Below, piece by piece: positions 33,504 to 41,089 of a stretch of 61,909 nucleotides of DNA. Source of the DNA: a virus; IMG/VR virus record IMGVR_UViG_3300049811_000099, positions 1 through 61,909 of that record; one strand, given 5' to 3'. Positions within the stretch are counted from its first letter, which is position 1; every line of letters starts with the position of its first letter. The notes under the pieces were generated by a model. It was not told the DNA's origin. It searched no databases and worked only from the letters and a program-made list of their open reading frames with translations. Both the position numbers and the translations under genes were made by a program.

Positions 33504-33849
33504 GGTGGTGGATAGCGGCACAAGATGTGATGAACCAGTTCACCGTGGTGTAGTTGGTGTGTAGTCCGCTTTTCGAGCATCTAAGGGGTCGTTTGGAATC
33601 AAGGACTTAGCGATGCCGGAAGGTGTTGCATCGTGACGAAGAATGTTCGCGTTAGAACGAGAAAAGACGTTCTGAATCAAAGGTCTACGGTGGTTATCCA
33701 CAGAACTACTATGTTCTGACCGATGAATCTACGCCCCAGGATTCCACAAGAGATTCAGATACTTACCCAAGGGTGGCGTAGAAGTGGTGTAGTTCAATTC
33801 ACACGATCAGCACTAATGGGTCGCGTGGTATATTCATTGCATACATGCG

Positions 33850-34065
33850 ATGAACAAGGCACTTCTGCACTTCGAGCAAGCCATCGGGCTTGGTCCGACG
33901 AAGGCTGCGCTCCTACTGGGCATAGCCTACGTGACCTATGCACAGGTGCGCTCGGGCTCGCGACCATTGCAGAAGTACCACGCGAGGCACATGGAAGCTC
34001 TTCTGCTTCTTCCTCCTTCGACTCTTCGCAGATTGATCAAGGGGCACGTGAATGGCGACCAATGA
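33850..34065 (+). CDS. Small HTH protein (71 aa) at the head of the late operon
   Basis: LGPTKAALLLGIAYVTYAQVRSG is a Cro-like HTH. Overlaps the TerS start by 14 nt. Confidence 0.5.
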   Translation: MNKALLHFEQAIGLGPTKAALLLGIAYVTYAQVRSGSRPLQKYHARHMEALLLLPPSTLRRLIKGHVNGDQ

Positions 34066-34645
34066 GCGGGTCAAAAAGGGCGGCAGCGCCTACGCCGACG
34101 AAGAGACCAAGGCCGGTATCTATGAAGGTCTGAACACGACTCAGTTTCAGCAACTCTTCAAGCGCGATTTCAGGGCTGTCCAGAAAGCCTTCTACGAAGC
34201 TGGCGTCGATGGCATCAAGCCGGTTGGCAAACGGTACGGCGCGGACATTTACGCTGTACACGACATTGCGCCGTACTTGGTCAAGCCAAAGATCGACGTG
34301 GAGGCGTACATCCGGAAGATGGATCACAAGGATCTTCCGAAGATGCTCACGAAGGAGTTCTGGGCGGGTCAGCGGTCGAAGCAGGACTACGAAGAGAAGG
34401 CCGGGCTGCTATGGCGCACCGAGCGCGTCGTGCAGGAGATGGGCGAGGTCTTCAAGCTCGTCAAGATGTCCGTGCTGCTGATGTCCGACGCCGTGGAGCG
34501 GCAGACTGAACTCACCGACAAGCAGCGGGACATCATCAAGTCGCTGACCCACGGAATGCTCGACGATCTGGTCAAGCGGATCGAGGACAAGTTCAAGGTG
34601 CCAACGAATGAACGTCAAGAAGCCATCCAAGACGAAGACCTATGA
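34052..34645 (+). CDS. terS: Terminase small subunit (DUF1441-like)
   Basis: Position directly upstream of and overlapping TerL. YAVHDIAPYLVKP and the helical C-terminus recall the DUF1441 small terminases. Confidence 0.6.
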   Translation: MATNERVKKGGSAYADEETKAGIYEGLNTTQFQQLFKRDFRAVQKAFYEAGVDGIKPVGKRYGADIYAVHDIAPYLVKPKIDVEAYIRKMDHKDLPKMLTKEFWAGQRSKQDYEEKAGLLWRTERVVQEMGEVFKLVKMSVLLMSDAVERQTELTDKQRDIIKSLTHGMLDDLVKRIEDKFKVPTNERQEAIQDEDL

Positions 34646-37094
34646 CTCCATCGGGGAGATCATTCTTGACCTGACGGCAATGCTCCGTCCACCGGAGCGC
34701 CTGTCCGTCGCCACTGCAGCCGAGAAGTACCGCTACATCAACCAGCCTGGGGCCTACGTCGGCCAGTGGAAGAACGCAACGGCTCCCTACATGGTCGAGC
34801 CAATGAACACGTTCACTTCTCGACAGTACAACGGGATGATCTTCGTTGGGCCTGCTCAGAGCGGGAAGGCGCTGTGCTTGAAGACTCCGATTGCCACGCT
34901 TAATGGTTGGAAGACCATGGGTACGATTGAGATCGGTGATGCCCTTTACGATGAAGCGGGCAAGCCGTGCGAGGTCTTCTGCGTCTCGCCGGTTATGCAC
35001 GACCATGAGTGCTTCCAGGTCTGCTTCGCAGGCTGTGCTCCCATCGTGGCTGACGCCGACCACCTTTGGCTTGTCCTTCGCAGCGGGGCTAGTGAGACTG
35101 TCACCACTCGACATTTGAACCCTAACACTGACGTTGTTCTTCGACACGACCGAGCATTCAAACTGAACAAGGTGATTCCGCACGAATCGGTTCCTGTGCG
35201 CTGCATCGGCGTCACTTCACCAAGCAGGCTATTTCAGGCCGGTCTTGATCGGATTCCAACCCACAACACCGACGCTCTCGTCATCAACACCCTGGCGTAC
35301 TCGATCAAGGTGGACCCGATGGACATGATGGTGGTCTGCCCCACCATGCTCGACGCCCGGGACTTCGGCATTCGCCGCGTGGACCGTCTGCACCGTCACA
35401 GTGAGCAGATTGGCGAGATGCTGCTGCCATCGGCCGACGCGGACAACCGCTACGACAAACAGTACACGACCGGGATGCTCTTTACGCTGTCGTGGCCCAC
35501 TCCGAGCCAACTGGCCGGCAAGCCCATCGGTCGGATCGTGCTCACCGACCGTGATCGGATGGTGGATGACGTTGAAGGTGACGGCGAGCCCTTCGACCTT
35601 GCCTCGAAGCGCACGACCACGTTCGGCTCCTACGCAATGACCGTGGCCGAGTCGTCACCATCGCGTGAAGTCTCGAACCCGAAGTGGATTCCGCAAAGTC
35701 CACATGAAGCCCCGCCCTGCGAGGGCATCCTGAAACTCTACAACCGCGGAGATCGCCGCCGCTGGTACTGGCCTTGCCCGCACTGCGGCGAATACTTCGA
35801 GGGCATGTTCAAGCATTTGATCTGGGATGCAGAACTGCCCGGCACAAACTTAGAGAAGGCAGCAACCGTCAAGATGGCATGCCCGCACAACGGCTGCATC
35901 ATCATGTCCGACGACCGAGACGAGATGAACTTTTGGGGTCAGTGGGTCAAGGACGGGCAGGGTGTTGACAACACCGGCCGAGTCTTCGGGCCTGAACCTC
36001 GAACAAGCATTGCCTCTTTCTGGCTGCGCGGCGTGGCAGCCGCGTTCACGTCTTGGCGCAAGCTGGTTGAGATGTATCTCAACGCCAATGACGAGTACGC
36101 TCGCACTGGCTCAGAGGAAGCCCTCAAGAAGTTCTACAACAACGACCTTGGCGAGCCCTACACACCACGCTCGCAAGGCGACACCCGTTTGCCCGAAGTG
36201 CTCAAGGCGCGTGCTGAGAAGTTGGCACCGCGACACGTCCCCAAGGGCGTGCGCTTTCTCGTGGCCGCAGTGGACGTGCAGAAGAATATGTTCGTCGTCC
36301 AGGTCTACGGGATCTTGCCCGGCCTCAAGTTCGACATGGTTCTCGTGGATCGCTTCGACATTCGCAAGAGCAAGCGAACTGATCACGACGATGAACGCCT
36401 TTGGGTGAAGCCCTCGGCCTATGTCGAAGACTGGGATGAGATCACCGAGCACGTCATCGACAAGGAGTACCCGCTTGACGACGGCAGCGGTCGCATGATG
36501 GGAATCAAGATTGTCGGCTGTGATTCCGGTGGTCGAGCAGGCGTTACGTCCATGGCGTACAGCTACTACCGACGCCTAGTTGAGCAAAACAAGCATCGAC
36601 GCTTCATTCTGCTCAAGGGTGATCCTTCACCCAATCAGCCGCGCACGCGAATCAGCTACCCGGACTCGCAAAAGAAGGACATGAAGGCCGGTGCGCGTGG
36701 TGACATTCCGATTCTTCTGCTGCAGTCAAACCTGCTCAAAGACGACCTGGACGGCCGCCTAGACTGTATGGAGCCGGGCAAGGGGATGATGCGCTTCCCG
36801 GATTGGTTGAGCGACTCGTTCTTCTCCGAGATGTGCGTCGAGGTGCGTACCGAGAAGGGATGGGAGAACCTGTCAGGTCAGCGCAACGAGGCATGGGACT
36901 TGAGCTACTACTCAATCGGGTTGTGCGTGTCGGAACTGATTCGAGCGGAGAAGATCAGGTGGGATGATCCGCCTGGATGGGCTGCCGAGTGGGATAAGAA
37001 CGATCTGGTGCGCAAGCCGGAAGAGAAACCACGTTTCGCCAACCCGCTACAATCCGCATACGATTTCAGCAGTTTCGCCAAGGCTCTTGCTTGA
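34608..37094 (+). CDS. terL: Terminase large subunit, lambda GpA type, interrupted by a mini-intein in the Walker A loop
   Basis: GPAQSGK[intein]TDALVINTLAYSIKVDPMDMMVVCPT matches the GpA-family N-terminal ATPase motif. 828 aa including the 133-aa insertion. Confidence 0.9.
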   Translation: MNVKKPSKTKTYDSIGEIILDLTAMLRPPERLSVATAAEKYRYINQPGAYVGQWKNATAPYMVEPMNTFTSRQYNGMIFVGPAQSGKALCLKTPIATLNGWKTMGTIEIGDALYDEAGKPCEVFCVSPVMHDHECFQVCFAGCAPIVADADHLWLVLRSGASETVTTRHLNPNTDVVLRHDRAFKLNKVIPHESVPVRCIGVTSPSRLFQAGLDRIPTHNTDALVINTLAYSIKVDPMDMMVVCPTMLDARDFGIRRVDRLHRHSEQIGEMLLPSADADNRYDKQYTTGMLFTLSWPTPSQLAGKPIGRIVLTDRDRMVDDVEGDGEPFDLASKRTTTFGSYAMTVAESSPSREVSNPKWIPQSPHEAPPCEGILKLYNRGDRRRWYWPCPHCGEYFEGMFKHLIWDAELPGTNLEKAATVKMACPHNGCIIMSDDRDEMNFWGQWVKDGQGVDNTGRVFGPEPRTSIASFWLRGVAAAFTSWRKLVEMYLNANDEYARTGSEEALKKFYNNDLGEPYTPRSQGDTRLPEVLKARAEKLAPRHVPKGVRFLVAAVDVQKNMFVVQVYGILPGLKFDMVLVDRFDIRKSKRTDHDDERLWVKPSAYVEDWDEITEHVIDKEYPLDDGSGRMMGIKIVGCDSGGRAGVTSMAYSYYRRLVEQNKHRRFILLKGDPSPNQPRTRISYPDSQKKDMKAGARGDIPILLLQSNLLKDDLDGRLDCMEPGKGMMRFPDWLSDSFFSEMCVEVRTEKGWENLSGQRNEAWDLSYYSIGLCVSELIRAEKIRWDDPPGWAAEWDKNDLVRKPEEKPRFANPLQSAYDFSSFAKALA
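34869..35267 (+). mobile_element. Mini-intein (133 aa, no homing endonuclease) with class-3 WCT signature, inside terL
   Basis: Block A (A)LCLKTPIATLNGWKTMGTIEIGD, block B DADHLW, block F VPVRCIGV, block G IPTHN followed by +1 Thr. Excision restores GPAQSGKT. GC3 is visibly lower than in the exteins. Confidence 0.8.
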
Positions 37095-37140
37095 TCCCCA
37101 AGAGTCCACAGTCAGTGCAGGCGACAACGAAAGGCACGCG

Positions 37141-37383
37141 ATGGCAGGCATCATTGCAACTCAGGCTCTTCTGGATGAAGCCCGCAAGGCGTACCACGCC
37201 TTGATGACCGGCACTTCCCCGCGCGTGGTCGTTGACCAGAATGGTGAGCGCCTCGAATTCGTTGCTGCCAGCGCGCCCAAGCTCTACAACTACATCTCCG
37301 AATTGGAGTTGAAACTCGGCACGCCCTGCGGCGCCAAGTCGAGTCCTGCCACGCAGTACGGCCCTGCATCGTTCCTGTTCTGA
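37141..37383 (+). CDS. Head-tail joining protein, lambda gpW-like
   Basis: 80 aa between terL and the portal gene. LLDEARKAYHALMTG...VVDQNGERLEFVAASAPKLYNYISELE fits the gpW pattern. Confidence 0.65.
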   Translation: MAGIIATQALLDEARKAYHALMTGTSPRVVVDQNGERLEFVAASAPKLYNYISELELKLGTPCGAKSSPATQYGPASFLF

Positions 37384-37387
37384 CGCC

Positions 37388-38989
37388 ATGCAGTTGACCC
37401 TCGACATCGCGCCGCCTGTGCAAAAGGCTGTCGGCGGCGGACTTGAAGGGGCGCAGCGAACTAGCCGCGAGACCGCCCTGTGGTCGGCCCCGATCATCTC
37501 GCCGGATCGGCAGATCAACCCGGTCAAGGATGACGCCGACGCCCGTTCGCGGGACATGGTGCAGAACGACGGCTACGCCATCGGCGTCGTCCACACCCAC
37601 CAAGACAGCATCGTCGGCTCACAGTACCGGGTCAACGCGCAACCGGACTACGAACTTCTCGGCACTGACGAAGGCTGGGCTGAAGAGTTCCAGAAGGTCG
37701 TCGAGGGTCGCTTCAACTTGATCTCGGACAGCCCGGAGTGCTGGCTCGATGCGAGCCGGATGAACACCCTCACGGGTCTTGTGCGGCTTGCCGTGGGTGG
37801 GTTCGTTTTCACGGGCGAAGTGCTCGGTACGGCCGAATGGGTGCGTCAGTCAGGAAGGCCGTTCAACACGGCGATCCAACTGATCAGCCCGACGCGCCTG
37901 ACGAACCCTGACGGAAAGATGGACGACCGCTTCCTCCGTCGCGGGGTCAAGCGCAACATCTACGGTCAGCCCATCGGCTACTACTTCCGAGTGGCCCACC
38001 CATACGACTACTGGTTCGACAACAGCCAGTGGTCGTGGCGCTACGTCGAAGCGACGAAGCCCTGGGGCCGCCGACAGGTCATCCACATCATCGAGCAACT
38101 TCAGCCTGACCAGACTCGCGGCATCAGCGACATGGTGTCCGTGCTGAAGGAAATGCGGATGACCAAGAAGTTCAAGGACATCACGCTGCAGAACGCCGTG
38201 GTGAACGCGACCTACGCTGCAGCCGTGGAGTCAGAACTTCCGCGCGAAGTCGTGTTCGGCGCGATGGGCGCTGGTCAGACCGGCTTTGGGGACATGCTCG
38301 GGCAGTACCTCAATGCCCTGCAGTCTTACGTGGGCGCAGCGGGCGGCATCGCCATCGACGGCGTGAAGATGCCTCACCTGTTCCCTGGAACGAAGTTGAA
38401 CCTTCGCCCTATGGGCACCCCTGGTGGCGTCGGCACGGGATTCGAGGAATCGCTGCAGCGGCACATCGCTGCTGCGCTCGGCCTGAGCTACGAAGAGTAC
38501 AGCCGCGACTACACGAAGACCAACTACTCGTCCGCTCGGGCGAGCATGGGTCAGACGTGGAAGTACATGCAGGGTCGCAAGAAGAACGTGGCGGATCGCT
38601 TCGCCACGATGATCTACTTGCTGTGGCTCGAAGAAGAAATCAACGCTGGCAACGTCCCGCTGCCGCCCGGTTTCACGCTCGACACGTTCTACGGCGACCC
38701 GGTGCTGCGCGAGGCTCTGTGCGCCTGCGACTGGATCGGTGCCTCGCGCGGACAGATCGACGAACTCAAGGAAACGCAGTCGGCTCTCATGCGGATCAAG
38801 GGCGGCCTGTCTACCCATGAGCAGGAGTGCGCTCGCCTGGGCACGGATTACCGGAAGGTCTTCAAGCAGTTGTCCCGCGAGCAGCGGCTTGCGCAGAGCT
38901 TGGATCTCGCGTTCTCGATGGACGCAACGCAGCAGGGAACGAACGACGCGCAGGACACCATGCGCGACGGAAACAATTCGCAGCAATAG
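37388..38989 (+). CDS. Portal protein, lambda gpB type
   Basis: 533 aa in the canonical position after gpW. Conserved blocks (YSRDYTKTNYSSARASM, WIGASRGQIDELKE) resemble the lambda-family portal. Confidence 0.85.
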   Translation: MQLTLDIAPPVQKAVGGGLEGAQRTSRETALWSAPIISPDRQINPVKDDADARSRDMVQNDGYAIGVVHTHQDSIVGSQYRVNAQPDYELLGTDEGWAEEFQKVVEGRFNLISDSPECWLDASRMNTLTGLVRLAVGGFVFTGEVLGTAEWVRQSGRPFNTAIQLISPTRLTNPDGKMDDRFLRRGVKRNIYGQPIGYYFRVAHPYDYWFDNSQWSWRYVEATKPWGRRQVIHIIEQLQPDQTRGISDMVSVLKEMRMTKKFKDITLQNAVVNATYAAAVESELPREVVFGAMGAGQTGFGDMLGQYLNALQSYVGAAGGIAIDGVKMPHLFPGTKLNLRPMGTPGGVGTGFEESLQRHIAAALGLSYEEYSRDYTKTNYSSARASMGQTWKYMQGRKKNVADRFATMIYLLWLEEEINAGNVPLPPGFTLDTFYGDPVLREALCACDWIGASRGQIDELKETQSALMRIKGGLSTHEQECARLGTDYRKVFKQLSREQRLAQSLDLAFSMDATQQGTNDAQDTMRDGNNSQQ

Positions 38990-39000
38990 AGGAACTGACC

Positions 39001-39282
39001 GTGGGTTCTCAAGACGACCTGATGTCCGTGGAGTTTGGGCTGTGGCGCAGGCACGCCCAGACCATCATGCTTGCCGTGGTCACGACCGCGCTCGCTTTCA
39101 CCGGCAACTTCATGTGGCGGGTGAATAGCCAGTTGTCCGAGATCGTAATCGAGAACAAGCACATGGCGATGCAGATTGCCGAGTTGAAGGGGCAGATTGC
39201 AGGCATGCAGGCCGCCTACATCACCCGCCCGGAGTTCAACAGCTACGTCGAGCGAGTGCGCGCATTGGAGTCGCGCAAGTAG
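39001..39282 (+). CDS. Small membrane / coiled-coil protein (93 aa)
   Basis: GTG 39001 (alternative ATG 39022). TM segment IMLAVVTTALAFTGNFMW followed by a coiled coil. Confidence 0.45.
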   Translation: MGSQDDLMSVEFGLWRRHAQTIMLAVVTTALAFTGNFMWRVNSQLSEIVIENKHMAMQIAELKGQIAGMQAAYITRPEFNSYVERVRALESRK

Positions 39283-39334
39283 TCGCATTTCGATAGTCGG
39301 TACAATTCACACCGCACTCCACAAGAGGTACGCA

Positions 39335-40636
39335 ATGAGTGATTTCGTCGCACGCTCCGTCCTCTCGCGAATCCACCATCGCGAGATGGCCGTTGCTGCG
39401 CATTACGAAGGTCTCGCGTCGGACCTCCGTGCCCTGTCGAACGCAGTGCGTGACCAAGCGGAAGCCGCGTTCCTGCAACGCCGCACCGAACTGGTCACGT
39501 CTTACGGACTCGAAGCCGTCGATCAGCGCAAGCCGTTTGCCTTCAGCAGCGGCATTGCCGTGATCCCGGTTCACGGGACGCTGATCAACCGCTTCTCGTA
39601 CTCGTGGGGCTTCGTCACCGGCTACAACTTCATTCGCCAGCAAGTTGCAGCAGCCGGACAAGACCCGGACGTGATGGGGATCGTGTTCGACGTGAACTCC
39701 TACGGCGGGGAAGCCGCAGGTTGTTTCGAGTGCTCGGCCGACATCAAGCGACTGGCCAACGGCAAGCCCACGATGTCGGTGATCGACTCGAATGCATATT
39801 CGGCTGCCTACGCCATGGCTGTCGGCACCGACCGGATCGTCTCGACGCCCAGCGGCGGTGCCGGCTCCATCGGTGTTGTCGCCATGCACGTCTCCTTCGA
39901 GAAGATGCTCAAGGAGGAAGGCGTTCAGGTCACGTTCATCCACGCCGGCAAGCACAAGGTCGATGGCAACCCCTACGAGGATCTGCCTGACGAAGTGCGT
40001 GCCGACATCCAGAGGAACATCGACAAGTCGTATGCCGCTTTCGTGGGCGTGGTCGCCAAGGGGCGCGGCATGGACGAAAAGGCAGTGCGCGCCACCGAGG
40101 CTCGCACCTACCGGGCTGACGACGCACTGTCGCTCGGCCTGATCGACGCAGTGGCATCGCCAAGCGAGGCGATCCGCGCGTTCCTGGGCGAGCTTTCCGG
40201 CTCGACTTCTCAACTGCGAAAGAAGGAGGACGCAATGTCCGATGGTACGAAGCCGGGCGCCGACAACAAGGCCGCCCCGGAGGAACTGGCGGCGGCTCGC
40301 AACGATGCCGCCAAGGCGGAGCGTGCCCGTGTTTCGGGAATCCAGACGTGTGAGGAAGCCAAGGGGCGCGAGTCGCTCGCGAACCACCTCGCTCTGAACA
40401 CCGACATGAGCGTGGACGCCGCCAAGGCGATTCTCGCTGCGTCCCCCAAGGCCACTGCGCCGGCTGGCAACGCCTTCCGCGCCGCGATGGACTCGACGGG
40501 CAACCCGAACATCGGTGCCGATGCCAGCGGCGAAGCCGACGGCGAAAAGCCCAGCCGTGTCGCCCGTCTGTTGCAGACGGCCAGCAAGGTCGGTGTGCGC
40601 GGCTTTGACGCCAAGTCCGACGCCGGCAAGCACTGA
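39335..40636 (+). CDS. Head maturation protease (S49/ClpP-like) with a C-terminal scaffold-like region
   Basis: ATG 39335 with AAGAGG SD. VNSYGGEAAG, SNAYSAAYAMAVG and AGKHKVDG are S49-type motifs. The Ala-rich helical C-terminal half resembles lambda C/Nu3. Confidence 0.8.
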   Translation: MSDFVARSVLSRIHHREMAVAAHYEGLASDLRALSNAVRDQAEAAFLQRRTELVTSYGLEAVDQRKPFAFSSGIAVIPVHGTLINRFSYSWGFVTGYNFIRQQVAAAGQDPDVMGIVFDVNSYGGEAAGCFECSADIKRLANGKPTMSVIDSNAYSAAYAMAVGTDRIVSTPSGGAGSIGVVAMHVSFEKMLKEEGVQVTFIHAGKHKVDGNPYEDLPDEVRADIQRNIDKSYAAFVGVVAKGRGMDEKAVRATEARTYRADDALSLGLIDAVASPSEAIRAFLGELSGSTSQLRKKEDAMSDGTKPGADNKAAPEELAAARNDAAKAERARVSGIQTCEEAKGRESLANHLALNTDMSVDAAKAILAASPKATAPAGNAFRAAMDSTGNPNIGADASGEADGEKPSRVARLLQTASKVGVRGFDAKSDAGKH

Positions 40637-40670
40637 TCTCGCCCACATCACCTGACTCAAGGAGCACAAG

Positions 40671-41057
40671 ATGCCCGTCAACGATCTCGCTGGTGGCTTC
40701 ACCTACGCCGGCAACACGCCCGAACAACTGCTCGCTGGTGACGAACCCATCAAGACCTCTTCGGCCGTCGCGACCGGCGCCAAGACGAAGTACCAGATCG
40801 CCGCCCGCACCGCGGCTGGCGTCGTGGACTTCGTGGTCGGCACGCACACCGCGCTGCAGGCCGTCCTGGTGATGCAGCCGTGCGCCAACGGCGCTTCGTG
40901 CCAGTACGCCTACGCCGGCAAGTTCAACGACGACCTGCTGGCCACGTACAACACGTCGCTGTACGCCAACGCCGCGTTCGACACGTGGCTGGAGCGCGAG
41001 GCGTTCTTCAACGGGCTGTTCCGCCTGGGCAGGCTCGGCCAGGGCTTCGCCAACTGA
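40671..41057 (+). CDS. Head decoration protein (gpD-like)
   Basis: 128 aa between the protease and the major capsid gene. Confidence 0.55.
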   Translation: MPVNDLAGGFTYAGNTPEQLLAGDEPIKTSSAVATGAKTKYQIAARTAAGVVDFVVGTHTALQAVLVMQPCANGASCQYAYAGKFNDDLLATYNTSLYANAAFDTWLEREAFFNGLFRLGRLGQGFAN

Positions 41058-41089
41058 TCCACAGCAACACCTGACGAAAGGAGCCCACC

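Larger units (their letters stand above)
30021..33792 (+). repeat. Dispersed direct-repeat family GGTGTAG / GGCGTAG in tandem pairs at 11-nt phasing (30021, 30109, 30259, 32072, 32322, 33545, 33773), interleaved with GAATCA..ACTTA motifs
   Basis: All seven clusters are in the same orientation and in non-coding spacers. The 20-mer gtggcgtagaagtggtgtag is identical at 30021-30040 and 33773-33792. Confidence 0.85.
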
